Shown piece after piece: positions 35,210-44,858 of a DNA stretch of 64,000 bases; the stretch's first letter is position 1; every line of letters starts with the position of its first letter. Source of the stretch: Candidatus Saccharimonadota bacterium (GTDB lineage Bacteria > Patescibacteriota > Saccharimonadia > Saccharimonadales > Saccharimonadaceae); NCBI GenBank assembly GCA_017514805.1, contig JAFWIP010000006.1, positions 59,976 through 123,975 on the forward strand. Reading direction: 5' to 3'. Position numbers and translations under genes: made by a program. The notes under the pieces were generated by a model. The model was given only the letters and a program-made list of their open reading frames with translations, made no database searches and was not told where the DNA came from.

Positions 35210-37030
35210 TTAATTTGCGTGATTGCGCGCACGCTTACGGCGAATCGGGTCTAACTCCTTCTTGCGCAAGCGAAGAGTCTTCGGCGTAACCTCCAGAAGC
35301 TCGTCTTCCATCAAGAAATCCAAACACTGCTCAAGGCTTAACTGAGTGTGCGGTGTAAGCTGAATTGCACCATCGGAAGCATGCGTACGCATATTTGTAA
35401 GCTGTTTTTCGCGACAAACATTAATGTCTAACTCGTCTTTCTTTGAAAGACCAACAATCATGCCCTGATAAACATCAACCTGTGGCGGAATATAAAGTAC
35501 GCCACGAGCTTGTGCAGCATCAAGTGCATACGCAGTGCTCTGACCTGCTTCAGATGCCACCAAGGCACCGTTGCGCTCTTGCTGATAATGAGAAGTAACT
35601 GGCTGATACCCTTTCGGCAAGGTATTCATAATTGCCGTACCCTTCGTACCGGTAAGCAAATTGTTACGAAGACCAATCAAAGCTGCCGTAGTAATAGTAT
35701 AAACAAAACGCGTGCTACCAGAGGTCGTCATCTCTTGAGAAACTAGCTCAGCCTTGCGTATACCAAGTTCTTGAGAAACGGCACCAACATACTCTGGCGA
35801 AACCTCAATCGTAAGCTCCTCGACCGGCTCCATTTCAATGCCATCTTGCATCTTATAGACAACTTCCGGACGACCTACTTCGAGCTCATACCCCTCGCGG
35901 CGCATCGTCTCAATAAGGACAGAAAGATGCAACTCGCCACGACCAGATACTTTATAGCCAAGACCCTGCGGCTCTAGGCGCAATGCAATATTTGTCTCAA
36001 GCTCTTTCTGGAGACGATCACCAATCTGGCGCGAAGTCGTGAATTCGCCTTCACGACCCTTGAGAGGAGAGGTATTTGGACCAATATAAATAGAAAGGGT
36101 TGGCGCCTCCAATTCGATCGTCGGGAGCGCCTCTGGATTGTCACCAGTCGCAATCGTATCGCCAATCGAAGCCGCACCGAGACCAGCCAAGGCTACAATA
36201 TCGCCCGCAATCGCCTCGTTCGCTTCCTCGCGACCAAGACCACGATAGGTATACAAACTATCGATCTTGCCACGAACCGTTTCGCCGTTCGTTTTCATAA
36301 CTGTTACGGCTTCATTTTTCTTGAGTTTGCCACGGAAAATCTTACCGATTGCATATTTACCGAGATAGCTATCAGCTGCTAGCGCAGCAACAAGAAGTTG
36401 AGCGCCTTTTGAATCATCAGAATCTACCTGCGGCTCAGGAATTTCATTAATAATTGCATCAAAGATAACATGAAGATCATTATCGAGTTCCGGAGTCTTA
36501 CCTGCCTTACCATCACGTGCAATTGCATAATAAGTTGGGTACTTAAGCTGAGCTTCATTCGTAGCGAGCTCAAGGAAAAGATCAGCAATCTCATCCTCGA
36601 CTTCGCCAAGACGAGCAGCAGGTTTATCAATCTTATTGATTACGACAATCGGAGTCAAATTAAGTTCAAGCGCCTTCTGGAGTACGAACTTAGTCTGTGG
36701 CATTGGACCTTCTTGAGCATCAACGATCAAAAGTACGCCATCTGCCATATTAAGCGTGCGCTCAACCTCGCCAGAAAAGTCAGCGTGACCCGGCGTATCG
36801 ATAATATTAATCTTGTAGCCGTCATAATAAACCGCGGTCTGCTTCGCCGTAATCGTAATGCCGCGTTCGTGCTCCTGATCGCCAGAATCCATAATTAGCG
36901 TCTGGCCCATCTCTGCCTGATTTTCGCGGAAAGTATTGCTCTGCTTTAAAAGCGCATCAACAAGCGTCGTCTTACCGTGGTCAACGTGCGCTATAATCGC
37001 AACATTTCTGATTTTACTTTTGTCGTTCAT
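35210..37030 (-). CDS. typA: translational GTPase TypA/BipA
   Basis: IRNVAIIAHVDHGKTTL, DTPGHADF, NKID and EF-G-like domains. Confidence 0.95.
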   Translation of the reverse strand: MNDKSKIRNVAIIAHVDHGKTTLVDALLKQSNTFRENQAEMGQTLIMDSGDQEHERGITITAKQTAVYYDGYKINIIDTPGHADFSGEVERTLNMADGVLLIVDAQEGPMPQTKFVLQKALELNLTPIVVINKIDKPAARLGEVEDEIADLFLELATNEAQLKYPTYYAIARDGKAGKTPELDNDLHVIFDAIINEIPEPQVDSDDSKGAQLLVAALAADSYLGKYAIGKIFRGKLKKNEAVTVMKTNGETVRGKIDSLYTYRGLGREEANEAIAGDIVALAGLGAASIGDTIATGDNPEALPTIELEAPTLSIYIGPNTSPLKGREGEFTTSRQIGDRLQKELETNIALRLEPQGLGYKVSGRGELHLSVLIETMRREGYELEVGRPEVVYKMQDGIEMEPVEELTIEVSPEYVGAVSQELGIRKAELVSQEMTTSGSTRFVYTITTAALIGLRNNLLTGTKGTAIMNTLPKGYQPVTSHYQQERNGALVASEAGQSTAYALDAAQARGVLYIPPQVDVYQGMIVGLSKKDELDINVCREKQLTNMRTHASDGAIQLTPHTQLSLEQCLDFLMEDELLEVTPKTLRLRKKELDPIRRKRARNHAN

Positions 37031-37191
37031 AACTACCCTTTTGCTATCTTTATAATTTGCCTTTTAAGGTGTTTTTGTGTTTTTAGGAAGATAAAATTGT
37101 CTAGGTTGGTATTTTCTTCTTGGCTTGCGCGGCTACATGGCCGAGCAATGTCAAGAAAAAATGCCAATATAGGCAATTTTAGCTCCTAAAA

Positions 37192-37268
37192 TGGTGGGCG
37201 GTAGAGGATTCGAACCTCTGACCTTATCTACGTCAAAGATACGCTCTAGCCAACTGAGCTAACCGCCC
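37192..37268 (-). tRNA. tRNA-Val (anticodon GAC), CCA encoded
   Basis: Reverse complement reads GGGCGGTTAGCTCAGTTGGCTAGAGCG-TATCT-TTGACGT-AGATA..GAGGTTCGAATCCTCTACCGCCCACCA. Confidence 0.92.
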
Positions 37269-37273
37269 ATATT

Positions 37274-37350
37274 TGGTGAGTCCGGTGAGACTTGAACTCA
37301 CGACACCCTGCTTAAAAGGCAGGTGCTCTAACCGGCTGAGCTACGGACCC
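37274..37350 (-). tRNA. tRNA-Lys (anticodon UUU), CCA encoded
   Basis: Reverse complement reads GGGTCCGTAGCTCAGCCGGTTAGAGCA-CCTGC-CTTTTAA-GCAGG..GAGTTCAAGTCTCACCGGACTCACCA. Confidence 0.92.
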
Positions 37351-37504
37351 TTACCTGAAACATTTTACACCATAATTCGCCAAAATGCAAGTACAACCTC
37401 TTTCTGATTAAGAATAATTATCGTGCCCAAAATATGATACTATTATATTAACCTACCTCTGTTAAAGATGAGAGTGGGAATATGTTCTTTAGGAGGTGAT
37501 GCTT

Positions 37505-37933
37505 ATGGGAGAAGTAAAAAAACTTAAAGACATCAATATCAACTACGCCGAAGCAAGAATTTACGCAAAGAGCTACAATGCTCAATCAAACTCCTCTCGC
37601 AATATCAACATGACTAGTTGTAGTTGCGAAGATATTTGCCGTTATCTAAAAGAACAAGGCATGCGCGAGGCGATGTTTGTGAAAATTCACGTCGAGCCTT
37701 CGTTTACTAACGACAAAGAGATCGAGCACGGTTTTCATCTTAGTTCATACCTCGAAGAGTGTATATGGGATGAGGAAAAGGTCGATAAGTACAAAGCTAA
37801 GAGTTTATGGGAAAACTACTTTACAGAGATAGTTAGTAACCTAATAACCGAGCTTGGCATAGACAAAACGACCGTCGTAGTTCTCTTTCATGATACTATC
37901 AAGACCGGTGGAGTCGGTCTCATGATGATTTAA
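37505..37933 (+). CDS. orphan cytoplasmic protein (142 aa)
   Basis: ATG 37505 lies 8 nt after AGGAGG. I recognised no domain. Confidence 0.55.
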   Translation: MGEVKKLKDININYAEARIYAKSYNAQSNSSRNINMTSCSCEDICRYLKEQGMREAMFVKIHVEPSFTNDKEIEHGFHLSSYLEECIWDEEKVDKYKAKSLWENYFTEIVSNLITELGIDKTTVVVLFHDTIKTGGVGLMMI

Positions 37934-37986
37934 TTTATTATTTTTCCCACATCAAAAAGCCTCGCATCGCGAGGCTTTCCTAAGTT

Positions 37987-39243
37987 CTATTTCTTTGTTG
38001 ATTTTTTAATTGTAACCTTTATTGGAATCGCCTCTTCTTCATCATAATCAGCATCGTCATCGACCGACCCCTCTTCGACATCTTCAAGCGCTTCCGCAAT
38101 TTGTTCGATCTCGTCCTTTTTATCCTCATTATCGCTTCCGAGGTCCTCAATCTCCTCTAACTCGCCGTCATCGCCATCAGAATCTTGATCCAAATCCTCA
38201 TCAGCCTCTTCGTCCGATTCTTCTTCAGATTGAAGCGACTCCTTCTCAGCTTTTTCAATCTTCTCAATCGCAGCCTTATGCGCCTTTTTCTCGGCTCGTT
38301 TAGCCTTAGTTGAAGCTTTCTTCGCTTTACGACGACGCTTTGCGACAATAATGATTAAGATGATTAATACGAGCGCACCACCAGCAATCGCAATTCCCCA
38401 CCAAGGCAAATTAACGACTGTGCGCGAAAGGAGAGATTCAATCATTCGCCCTTCACTATTCACAAATGTCACGCGCTGTTCAATCGAAAATACGCCAAAA
38501 CCAAGATTATCATTAGCCGAGAAATTCACTTGGCCACCAGGATATACTTCTTCGTTGTATTCTTTTAATACTTTCCAATCGTCGCCGCCGAAGAAATTCT
38601 TCATCTTTATCTGATAAGTCGAGGTAAAACCGGCCGTCCCCGTATTTTTTACACCTACGCGCGCATTTAGGCCCTCGTCGATGCGAACTGGATCTATCCA
38701 AGCATCCACCACTTCGCTAGCGTATTTCAAATCATCGCCAGCAACATCGAGCTTAGCGGTTACGGTCTCCTTATGCCCTTCGGAATCCGTCAAAATAACT
38801 GATGCATATTGCGAACCCGATTTTGCATCAGCTGGCGTAAAGGCGCGCACGCCTAGACTACGAGTCTGTCCAGCTGCAACGCTAAAGTGTGATACCCCAC
38901 CGACAAAAGCAAGCCAATCCGATAATAAAGCGCTATCTTCAGGAACACTTGCGTATTTCTCGACAGTCGCATCAATAACAACATCCTTATTAGTGTTATT
39001 ATGAATCTCAATTTGCTTCGTATAACTTCGGTCTAGCTCGACAACACGACCAAAATCTAACGTATTGCTCTCTACCGTAAAGAACTCTGCTACTTCAGCA
39101 ATATTTTCGGTATCTACCGTTGCGGCATTGCCTAATTGAGTTGGATCAGCGTCTGTCGCAGTCGCAAATGGAATGAACGCATTACAAACTACTACGCCAG
39201 CTAGCGCCACGGCACCAACCTTGGTCCAAATATTTTTCATCAC
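37987..39243 (-). CDS. surface protein: signal peptide, two beta-sandwich-like domains, TM anchor and a long acidic cytoplasmic tail
   Basis: Signal peptide is VALAGVVVCNAFIPFATA. The anchor reads ..NLPWWGIAIAGGALVLIILIIIVAKRRRK, followed by ~118 aa of K-rich then D/E-rich tail. The layout is reminiscent of DUF916/DUF3324 proteins, but that is a weak call. Confidence 0.55.
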   Translation of the reverse strand: MMKNIWTKVGAVALAGVVVCNAFIPFATATDADPTQLGNAATVDTENIAEVAEFFTVESNTLDFGRVVELDRSYTKQIEIHNNTNKDVVIDATVEKYASVPEDSALLSDWLAFVGGVSHFSVAAGQTRSLGVRAFTPADAKSGSQYASVILTDSEGHKETVTAKLDVAGDDLKYASEVVDAWIDPVRIDEGLNARVGVKNTGTAGFTSTYQIKMKNFFGGDDWKVLKEYNEEVYPGGQVNFSANDNLGFGVFSIEQRVTFVNSEGRMIESLLSRTVVNLPWWGIAIAGGALVLIILIIIVAKRRRKAKKASTKAKRAEKKAHKAAIEKIEKAEKESLQSEEESDEEADEDLDQDSDGDDGELEEIEDLGSDNEDKKDEIEQIAEALEDVEEGSVDDDADYDEEEAIPIKVTIKKSTKK

Positions 39244-39362
39244 ACCTCACACTTATTTTAAGAAAATTATAACATAACATAAGCGCAAAAAGATATAAAA
39301 AAGCCGAGGAATTTCGTCCTCGGTCTTTAGAAAAATCGGACTGGAAGCGACAACCCCAAGTA

Positions 39363-39857
39363 TCATAAAAATGAGAAGATTTTCTCTTTATCCTGCTCGT
39401 TCCATTCAATACGCTCACCCGGAGCATACATTATGCGCATTATACATTTTCGCTCCGGATCAAGCTCGTCTCCTAAGCGAAGATTGTAACTCTCCTCGCC
39501 AAAACCATAATACTCGCCATCTTCCGCATATTCTACCAATGTAGCATTAAATATTATTGGGAAAAAGTATTGTTTTTCGCCATATTTCAGACGCTTCGCA
39601 AACATATAAGGCGACGCACTTTCTGGATCTTCGATGCACGCTATAGCTACCTCTTTATTTTGTTCCGCAATAGCCTTCGACGCCCTATCGTAATCGTCAT
39701 CCTTACAAATATCCTTTATTGCAAGCGCACCATAGTTGCGCTCATCGGGCAATTTATTAAATTGCATAAAGAAATCATCGCCGCGCCCCGCCAACACAAA
39801 TTTACTTAATGGAATGACTATCAAATCACCCCCGATATCGCTCAGAAATTTATCCAT
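39363..39857 (-). CDS. orphan cytoplasmic protein (164 aa)
   Basis: ATG 39857 lies 5 nt after AGGAGG. The track extension to 39965 was dropped. I recognised no domain. Confidence 0.55.
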   Translation of the reverse strand: MDKFLSDIGGDLIVIPLSKFVLAGRGDDFFMQFNKLPDERNYGALAIKDICKDDDYDRASKAIAEQNKEVAIACIEDPESASPYMFAKRLKYGEKQYFFPIIFNATLVEYAEDGEYYGFGEESYNLRLGDELDPERKCIMRIMYAPGERIEWNEQDKEKIFSFL

Positions 39858-40093
39858 AGGCACCTCCTGTCCAATTGAAAAGATCCTGAACATAAGCCCC
39901 CAGTCCATGAGTGGTATAATAGCACAATTACATGTTCCGCAACGCAAAAACGCAAAAACAAACACCGCTTAGAATTACAGAGTCTTTTTAGCTACAGCTT
40001 AAAGCTTGAGCTTGCTTTTTTGCAAAAATAGAATAAAAATGGTCAATGACGGCCTTTACGCTGTACTAGTTCATTAATAGGAGGAGTTAAGAG

Positions 40094-40801
40094 ATGGAGA
40101 AGAAATTATTTGACGTCGAGGCATTAAGAAGTGTTTTGAAGCTAACTTGTATTCTAGACGATCTAAAAACTCGAATTCGTAGCGGTTGGCTGGTTTGGCG
40201 CGTAAGCTCCGACCGATTGGAGAGCGTATACGAGCACTGCCAGAGCTGCCTGATTCTTGCAAATGCGCTCTATCCGCTTTATCCAGATCGAGACAAGATT
40301 AATTTGGCTAGAGTAAATAGCATGTTAATTTGGCACGAGATTGGAGAATCAATAATCGGAGACGTTCCGCTAGTTGACAAGAAACATCACGAAGAAAAGC
40401 ACGAACAGGAGCATGAGGCTTGGAAAAAGCTGCTTGAAGGATTGCCTTATGAACAGGAAGTATATGACTTGCTTATGGAGTTTGATGACCATGAGGAGCA
40501 CCCGGAGGAGAAAACGCCAGACGCAAAATTCGCGTTTTATATCGACAAGTTTGATGCGATGAAGACAATGAAACGCTACAATGACTCTAATTGCTTTTAT
40601 GACCTGGATTGGATTATGGAACATTCCGCGAAGGTGGACGAGAATGATGATATCCAGGAACTTATCAAAAATGGTGCAAAAACACCCTTAGATATCTGGT
40701 TTGCGGAAAGATATATCCCGTTCAAAGATGACGAGTTTTTCATGGAGGCACAACGCATAATACGAGAAATGAATACAAATATCGCTCCCCCTAAACTCTA
40801 A
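40094..40801 (+). CDS. HD-domain phosphohydrolase, YfbR-like (HD_3) with HE in place of HD
   Basis: RSGW..LESVYEHCQSC..MLIWHEIGESIIGDVP...FYIDKFDA follows the YfbR 5'-deoxynucleotidase pattern. It has a GGAGG SD and a terminator at 40808-40835. Confidence 0.65.
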   Translation: MEKKLFDVEALRSVLKLTCILDDLKTRIRSGWLVWRVSSDRLESVYEHCQSCLILANALYPLYPDRDKINLARVNSMLIWHEIGESIIGDVPLVDKKHHEEKHEQEHEAWKKLLEGLPYEQEVYDLLMEFDDHEEHPEEKTPDAKFAFYIDKFDAMKTMKRYNDSNCFYDLDWIMEHSAKVDENDDIQELIKNGAKTPLDIWFAERYIPFKDDEFFMEAQRIIREMNTNIAPPKL

Positions 40802-40933
40802 TCTTTTAAACCGGAGCTTTAGGGCTCCGGTTTTTGAGTTAATAGATTACAAAAGAATTCAAAATAAACACTTAACACGAGAACAGATGAAGTCACGTAT
40901 TAAGCAAGGAATTGAATAGAATTGAGGCCTATT

Positions 40934-40973
40934 AAGAATAAAAATAAGACCCCTTGGGTCTTCTTTTTATTCT
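40934..40973. terminator. long bidirectional hairpin abutting the tRNA-Leu(GAG) 3' end
   Basis: AAGAATAAAAA-t-AAGACCC-ctt-GGGTCTT-c-TTTTTATTCTT. Confidence 0.75.
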
Positions 40974-41064
40974 TGGTGCGCCCGACTAGACTCGAACTAG
41001 CACAGCCGTTTGAATAGCCACTAGCACCTCAAGCTAGCGTGTCTACCAATTCCACCACGGGCGC
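40974..41064 (-). tRNA. tRNA-Leu (anticodon GAG), long variable arm, CCA encoded
   Basis: Reverse complement reads GCGCCCGTGGTGGAATTGGTAGACACG-CTAGC-TTGAGGT-GCTAG-TGGCTATTCAAACGGCTGTG-CTAGTTCGAGTCTAGTCGGGCGCACCA. Confidence 0.9.
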
Positions 41065-41112
41065 AGATATATGTATCTTATCACACTTCTCACTATTTGT
41101 AAAACGCTAATC

Positions 41113-42900
41113 CTATGGCGTTATGTTTGCCATTGTTTTTCTGGTAGCCCAATAACGCACATCGCCAAACCGATCAAAAGCATCAGTAAGATGGCGATTC
41201 TCTGAATATATATTTACACCCTCGCTATAATAGTATTCTAGGCTTGAACGATATAACCCAATAGCCGGAACATCGTTTAGCCAATGTTTTAAGAAGTTCT
41301 CATACTTTGCCTTTCTAATCGCTAGATTTGTCGTAGTATGAGCCGACAATAACGCATCATCGACCAAACCATTAGTATAGTTACTGAAGTTCCAACCACC
41401 AGTCGTCGCCTGCGTCGAGCTATAGTACACAAACGGATCCGCACTCACGCCTAAATCTAATTCATAGAACAATATATCGTAATCGCGCGGTCTAATAATA
41501 GCCGAGAAGAAATCTGCTGTCGTTTGAGTTTCGTCATAAATATTAAGCGTTACTTCAAAACCAAGCCTCTTTAGTTCTTCTGTAAACTTCTCGGCCGTAC
41601 GAGTTAATAAATCTTTCTTTAGTACAGCCGCATTTAATACAACCGGGACATTATCCTTATCAACAATTTTACCCGCATCATTATACTGATACCCCGCCTT
41701 CGAAACTAATTCCTTTACGACATCCTCCGTCTGCGTTTCAATTGCTGGGTAATCTAGCTCTTCCTGATTACTTAAAATTGGGTAATCGAGCTTTCTGCTA
41801 TCATCGATTCCTTCCCTGACTTTATCCATATTAACGCCATAACGAATCGCTTTGCGAATATTTTGATTCTTTAAGTTATCACTCTTCGTATTAATAAACG
41901 CGAATGCACCGCCGTTTAGTAGGCTCTCGCGCGAAGAAATATTCTTGAATAACTTATCCTTCGCTTCCTCGCCGAGCTCTGCCGTCGCCGTTACGTCAGA
42001 AGAATTCAATGCCTCAATAATCGCATTTTGATCCTTATAAACTTTCAGAGTAAAAGTATCCAACTTCGTATCAGATAAAAAGTATTTTATATTTCTACTC
42101 AAGTAAATCGTCTTCGTATTCGAGCTAGTTGAGCCAGTAAGTTGAACAGCATTTAACTTAAACGGACCAGAAACAACTGGATTAGTTGAAAAATCGTGCT
42201 CATAGACTAATGCCGGACTAACATCCTTCAAAATATGATAAGGGACCAATGGGAATTCGAGCGTATCCATAAAGTCTATATATGTCGACGGAAGCTTATA
42301 TTCAACTGTCTTGTCGTCAATCTTCTTCGTAGAAACACTTGAGAAATCAGCCGAAATCGTCGTTTTTGCGGCCGGATTACGAATTAAGTCCGTCGTATAG
42401 ATAATATCGTCAGCGCTAATTGGCTCACCATCAGACCAGAAAATATTATCCTTTAAAGTCACAGTCCACACTTGTCCACTATCATCCATCTTTACCGACT
42501 TTGCAAGCTCCGCCTTGCTATGACCAGAAGCATCCGGAGATACCAAGTTTGCGAACATCAGACGACCAAGTGTTTTTTCTGAGTTTGTAGCAGCGTATAG
42601 AGGATTCATTGAGTTTACATCACCGAGCACAGCCTCGGAAAAATCTCCACCATTAATAAATGCCTCAGTCTTATAAGAATCGCTATACCAAATTATCTGC
42701 ACGATCGAGAACAAAAATACCGCCAAAACCAGCAGTATCCATTCAATCACCCATAAACGCACTTCGTGAATGTTTTTTATTCTTGAAATAAAATTATCAG
42801 AAAAATGCTTACCTACCTTATCGGCAGATTCATGATAAACCGTAGTTATATTTTTACGGCTAAAACGACTACGCCCACTCTTTTTTGATTTTTTACGCAT
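41113..42900 (-). CDS. membrane-anchored ABC transporter substrate-binding protein, family 5 (peptide/nickel type)
   Basis: N-terminal TM anchor, WSDGEPISADDIIYT motif, and size and layout of SBP_bac_5. Confidence 0.75.
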   Translation of the reverse strand: MRKKSKKSGRSRFSRKNITTVYHESADKVGKHFSDNFISRIKNIHEVRLWVIEWILLVLAVFLFSIVQIIWYSDSYKTEAFINGGDFSEAVLGDVNSMNPLYAATNSEKTLGRLMFANLVSPDASGHSKAELAKSVKMDDSGQVWTVTLKDNIFWSDGEPISADDIIYTTDLIRNPAAKTTISADFSSVSTKKIDDKTVEYKLPSTYIDFMDTLEFPLVPYHILKDVSPALVYEHDFSTNPVVSGPFKLNAVQLTGSTSSNTKTIYLSRNIKYFLSDTKLDTFTLKVYKDQNAIIEALNSSDVTATAELGEEAKDKLFKNISSRESLLNGGAFAFINTKSDNLKNQNIRKAIRYGVNMDKVREGIDDSRKLDYPILSNQEELDYPAIETQTEDVVKELVSKAGYQYNDAGKIVDKDNVPVVLNAAVLKKDLLTRTAEKFTEELKRLGFEVTLNIYDETQTTADFFSAIIRPRDYDILFYELDLGVSADPFVYYSSTQATTGGWNFSNYTNGLVDDALLSAHTTTNLAIRKAKYENFLKHWLNDVPAIGLYRSSLEYYYSEGVNIYSENRHLTDAFDRFGDVRYWATRKTMANITP

Positions 42901-43125
42901 TTATCCTACGATTAATGTTGTTAGAATCGACAATGCAAAGATGAAAGCAATTACCACTGTCGTATTGAACATCGATTTCTCTAGCCCACGACGCTCAGTA
43001 AAGAGCTCACCGCTCGCGCCAAAACCGGCACCGAGGCTAGCGCCACGCTGCTGCAATAGAATCAACAAAATTAATAAAACGGCAGAAACGCCAGTTACGA
43101 TATTACAAATAGCACCTATTTCCAT
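42901..43125 (-). CDS. secG: preprotein translocase subunit SecG
   Basis: 74 aa with two TM segments and LLQQRGASLGAGFG. Confidence 0.85.
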   Translation of the reverse strand: MEIGAICNIVTGVSAVLLILLILLQQRGASLGAGFGASGELFTERRGLEKSMFNTTVVIAFIFALSILTTLIVG

Positions 43126-43129
43126 AAGA

Positions 43130-43507
43130 CTATTTTACATCAGGCATAGCTAAATTGACAAGGTAATTTATTAGGGAGATCAATAGACAGCTCTCTATGG
43201 CTCCCCAAAAAGTCATCGAAACGTCTGGCATTAGCCAAATTGTCAAACCAACCATCGCCGCATTCACCAAAATCGTAAATAAACCTAAAGTAATAAAGAT
43301 AAAAGGCAATGCAAATATCGTCGCAATCGGTTTCACGACCGTATTAATCACTGAAAAAATCAGACCAGCAGATACATATAGCCAAAACGACGTACGCATC
43401 TCTTCTGATCCCTCTGAAAAAGTCGCAAAAAAGTTAATACAGACGTACATCGCTACGCTGGATACAAACCAACGCAAAATAAAACTAAGAAATTGCCTCC
43501 TTACCAT
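43130..43507 (-). CDS. DUF360 / phage-holin-4_2 family membrane protein
   Basis: VVKPIATIFALPFIFITLGLFTILVNAAMVGL is typical of YvlD-like proteins. Confidence 0.7.
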   Translation of the reverse strand: MVRRQFLSFILRWFVSSVAMYVCINFFATFSEGSEEMRTSFWLYVSAGLIFSVINTVVKPIATIFALPFIFITLGLFTILVNAAMVGLTIWLMPDVSMTFWGAIESCLLISLINYLVNLAMPDVK

Positions 43508-43511
43508 AAGC

Positions 43512-44786
43512 TTATTTTAGCGCATCTCGGCGTTTTAATAAAGTATGATACTGTATTGCGAAACGATGGCTCTCATCATCAATTCGCGCAATTAATTTCG
43601 CAATATGGCTGTCGGGCGCCAACTCTATCATTCGATAATCTTCACTTCCCTCAGGAATCACAATTCGCACTCTTGCGTTTCTGCTATGGTCTCCGCTCTT
43701 GTCTCGGCCAATCACTGACACGCCCGCCGCAGCACACACTTCTCGCACTGCAGACAATTGCCCAATTGAGCCATCTAACACGATTAAATCCGGTCTTCCC
43801 CAATCGTCTAAATGGTGCAACCGGCGCGTTAGGACTTCATTCATGCTCTCGGTATCGTTGTTTTGCTGCTTGCGCAACTTAAAGCGACGATACTTCGTTC
43901 TATCGGCTGCACCATTAATAAAACAAACCATCGATCCGACCACATTTGTTCCAGATTGATGGCTAATATCATAACCCTCAACCCGAACAGGCGGTTTCTG
44001 TAAATTCAGCAATTCCTGCAAATCCCCTAAAGCCCTGTCGCTAGAAATATCGAGGAATTCCTTATCGGAAAAAACAATTTTCGTACCCAATCCTTTCAAA
44101 CCAAAGAACTGATTTCGATACTCGGCTGCTTTTTCGTATTCCCCTTTCGCGGCCGCATCATACATTTGTTTTTCAATATCACGAACAAGACGCTTTCGAT
44201 TCCCCTTCAAATAGCTGATTAGGCGACGCAAATTGCGTTTATAATCACGTGCAGACATCTTTCCAATCTCTATTCCCGGCGTCAAACCTAAATCCGTATT
44301 CAAAGTCTTACGGCCAGTGTATGGGCGATCGTAATATGGAAAAATCTTTCTAAGAATTCTAAGCGCGCGCGTAATTGCCGTCTTGCCATAATATGGGCCA
44401 AAATATTCCGCTCCGTCATCTTCAGGATTACGCGTTAGCGTTACGCATGGAACCTCAGACTTCATATCTATACGCACATAGCTTACGGATTTATCGTCGC
44501 GCAACAAAATATTCCATTTTGGCATATAGCGCTTTATCATCTCGCTTTCAAGAAACAAAGCATCCATCTCCGTATCGACAACCATCCAATCCGTATCATC
44601 GATTTCCGCAACTAAAGCCCGCGTCTTCGCATCTTTGCGCTCGGGAGACTGAAAATACTGGCGCACCCGATTTCTCAAAATCGCCGCTTTCCCAACATAA
44701 ATCACTTCGCCATCGCGATTCTTATGAAAATACACCCCCGGCTCTTTCGGGAGTTCTTTGAGCTTTTCTTTAAGCTTAGGCGTCAT
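43512..44786 (-). CDS. uvrC: excinuclease ABC subunit C, short form lacking the (HhH)2 C-terminus
   Basis: GIY-YIG (PGVYFHKNRDGEVIYVGKA), UVR domain (YEKAAEYRNQ) and RNase H-like domain (EGYDISHQSGTNVVGSMV). The protein ends at aa 424. Confidence 0.85.
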   Translation of the reverse strand: MTPKLKEKLKELPKEPGVYFHKNRDGEVIYVGKAAILRNRVRQYFQSPERKDAKTRALVAEIDDTDWMVVDTEMDALFLESEMIKRYMPKWNILLRDDKSVSYVRIDMKSEVPCVTLTRNPEDDGAEYFGPYYGKTAITRALRILRKIFPYYDRPYTGRKTLNTDLGLTPGIEIGKMSARDYKRNLRRLISYLKGNRKRLVRDIEKQMYDAAAKGEYEKAAEYRNQFFGLKGLGTKIVFSDKEFLDISSDRALGDLQELLNLQKPPVRVEGYDISHQSGTNVVGSMVCFINGAADRTKYRRFKLRKQQNNDTESMNEVLTRRLHHLDDWGRPDLIVLDGSIGQLSAVREVCAAAGVSVIGRDKSGDHSRNARVRIVIPEGSEDYRMIELAPDSHIAKLIARIDDESHRFAIQYHTLLKRRDALK

Positions 44787-44858
44787 ACTATTATTCTACT
44801 ACAAAAATCCGCCCGGATTGCCCTAGGCGGATTTAGATAACACTTGTTTTTATATTGT

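Noticed and set aside
38326-38409. LPWWG plus a hydrophobic stretch plus KRRRK, read as a variant sortase sorting signal.
   Set aside because: True sorting signals sit at the extreme C-terminus. Here ~110 further residues follow, so this is better read as a TM anchor with a cytoplasmic tail.
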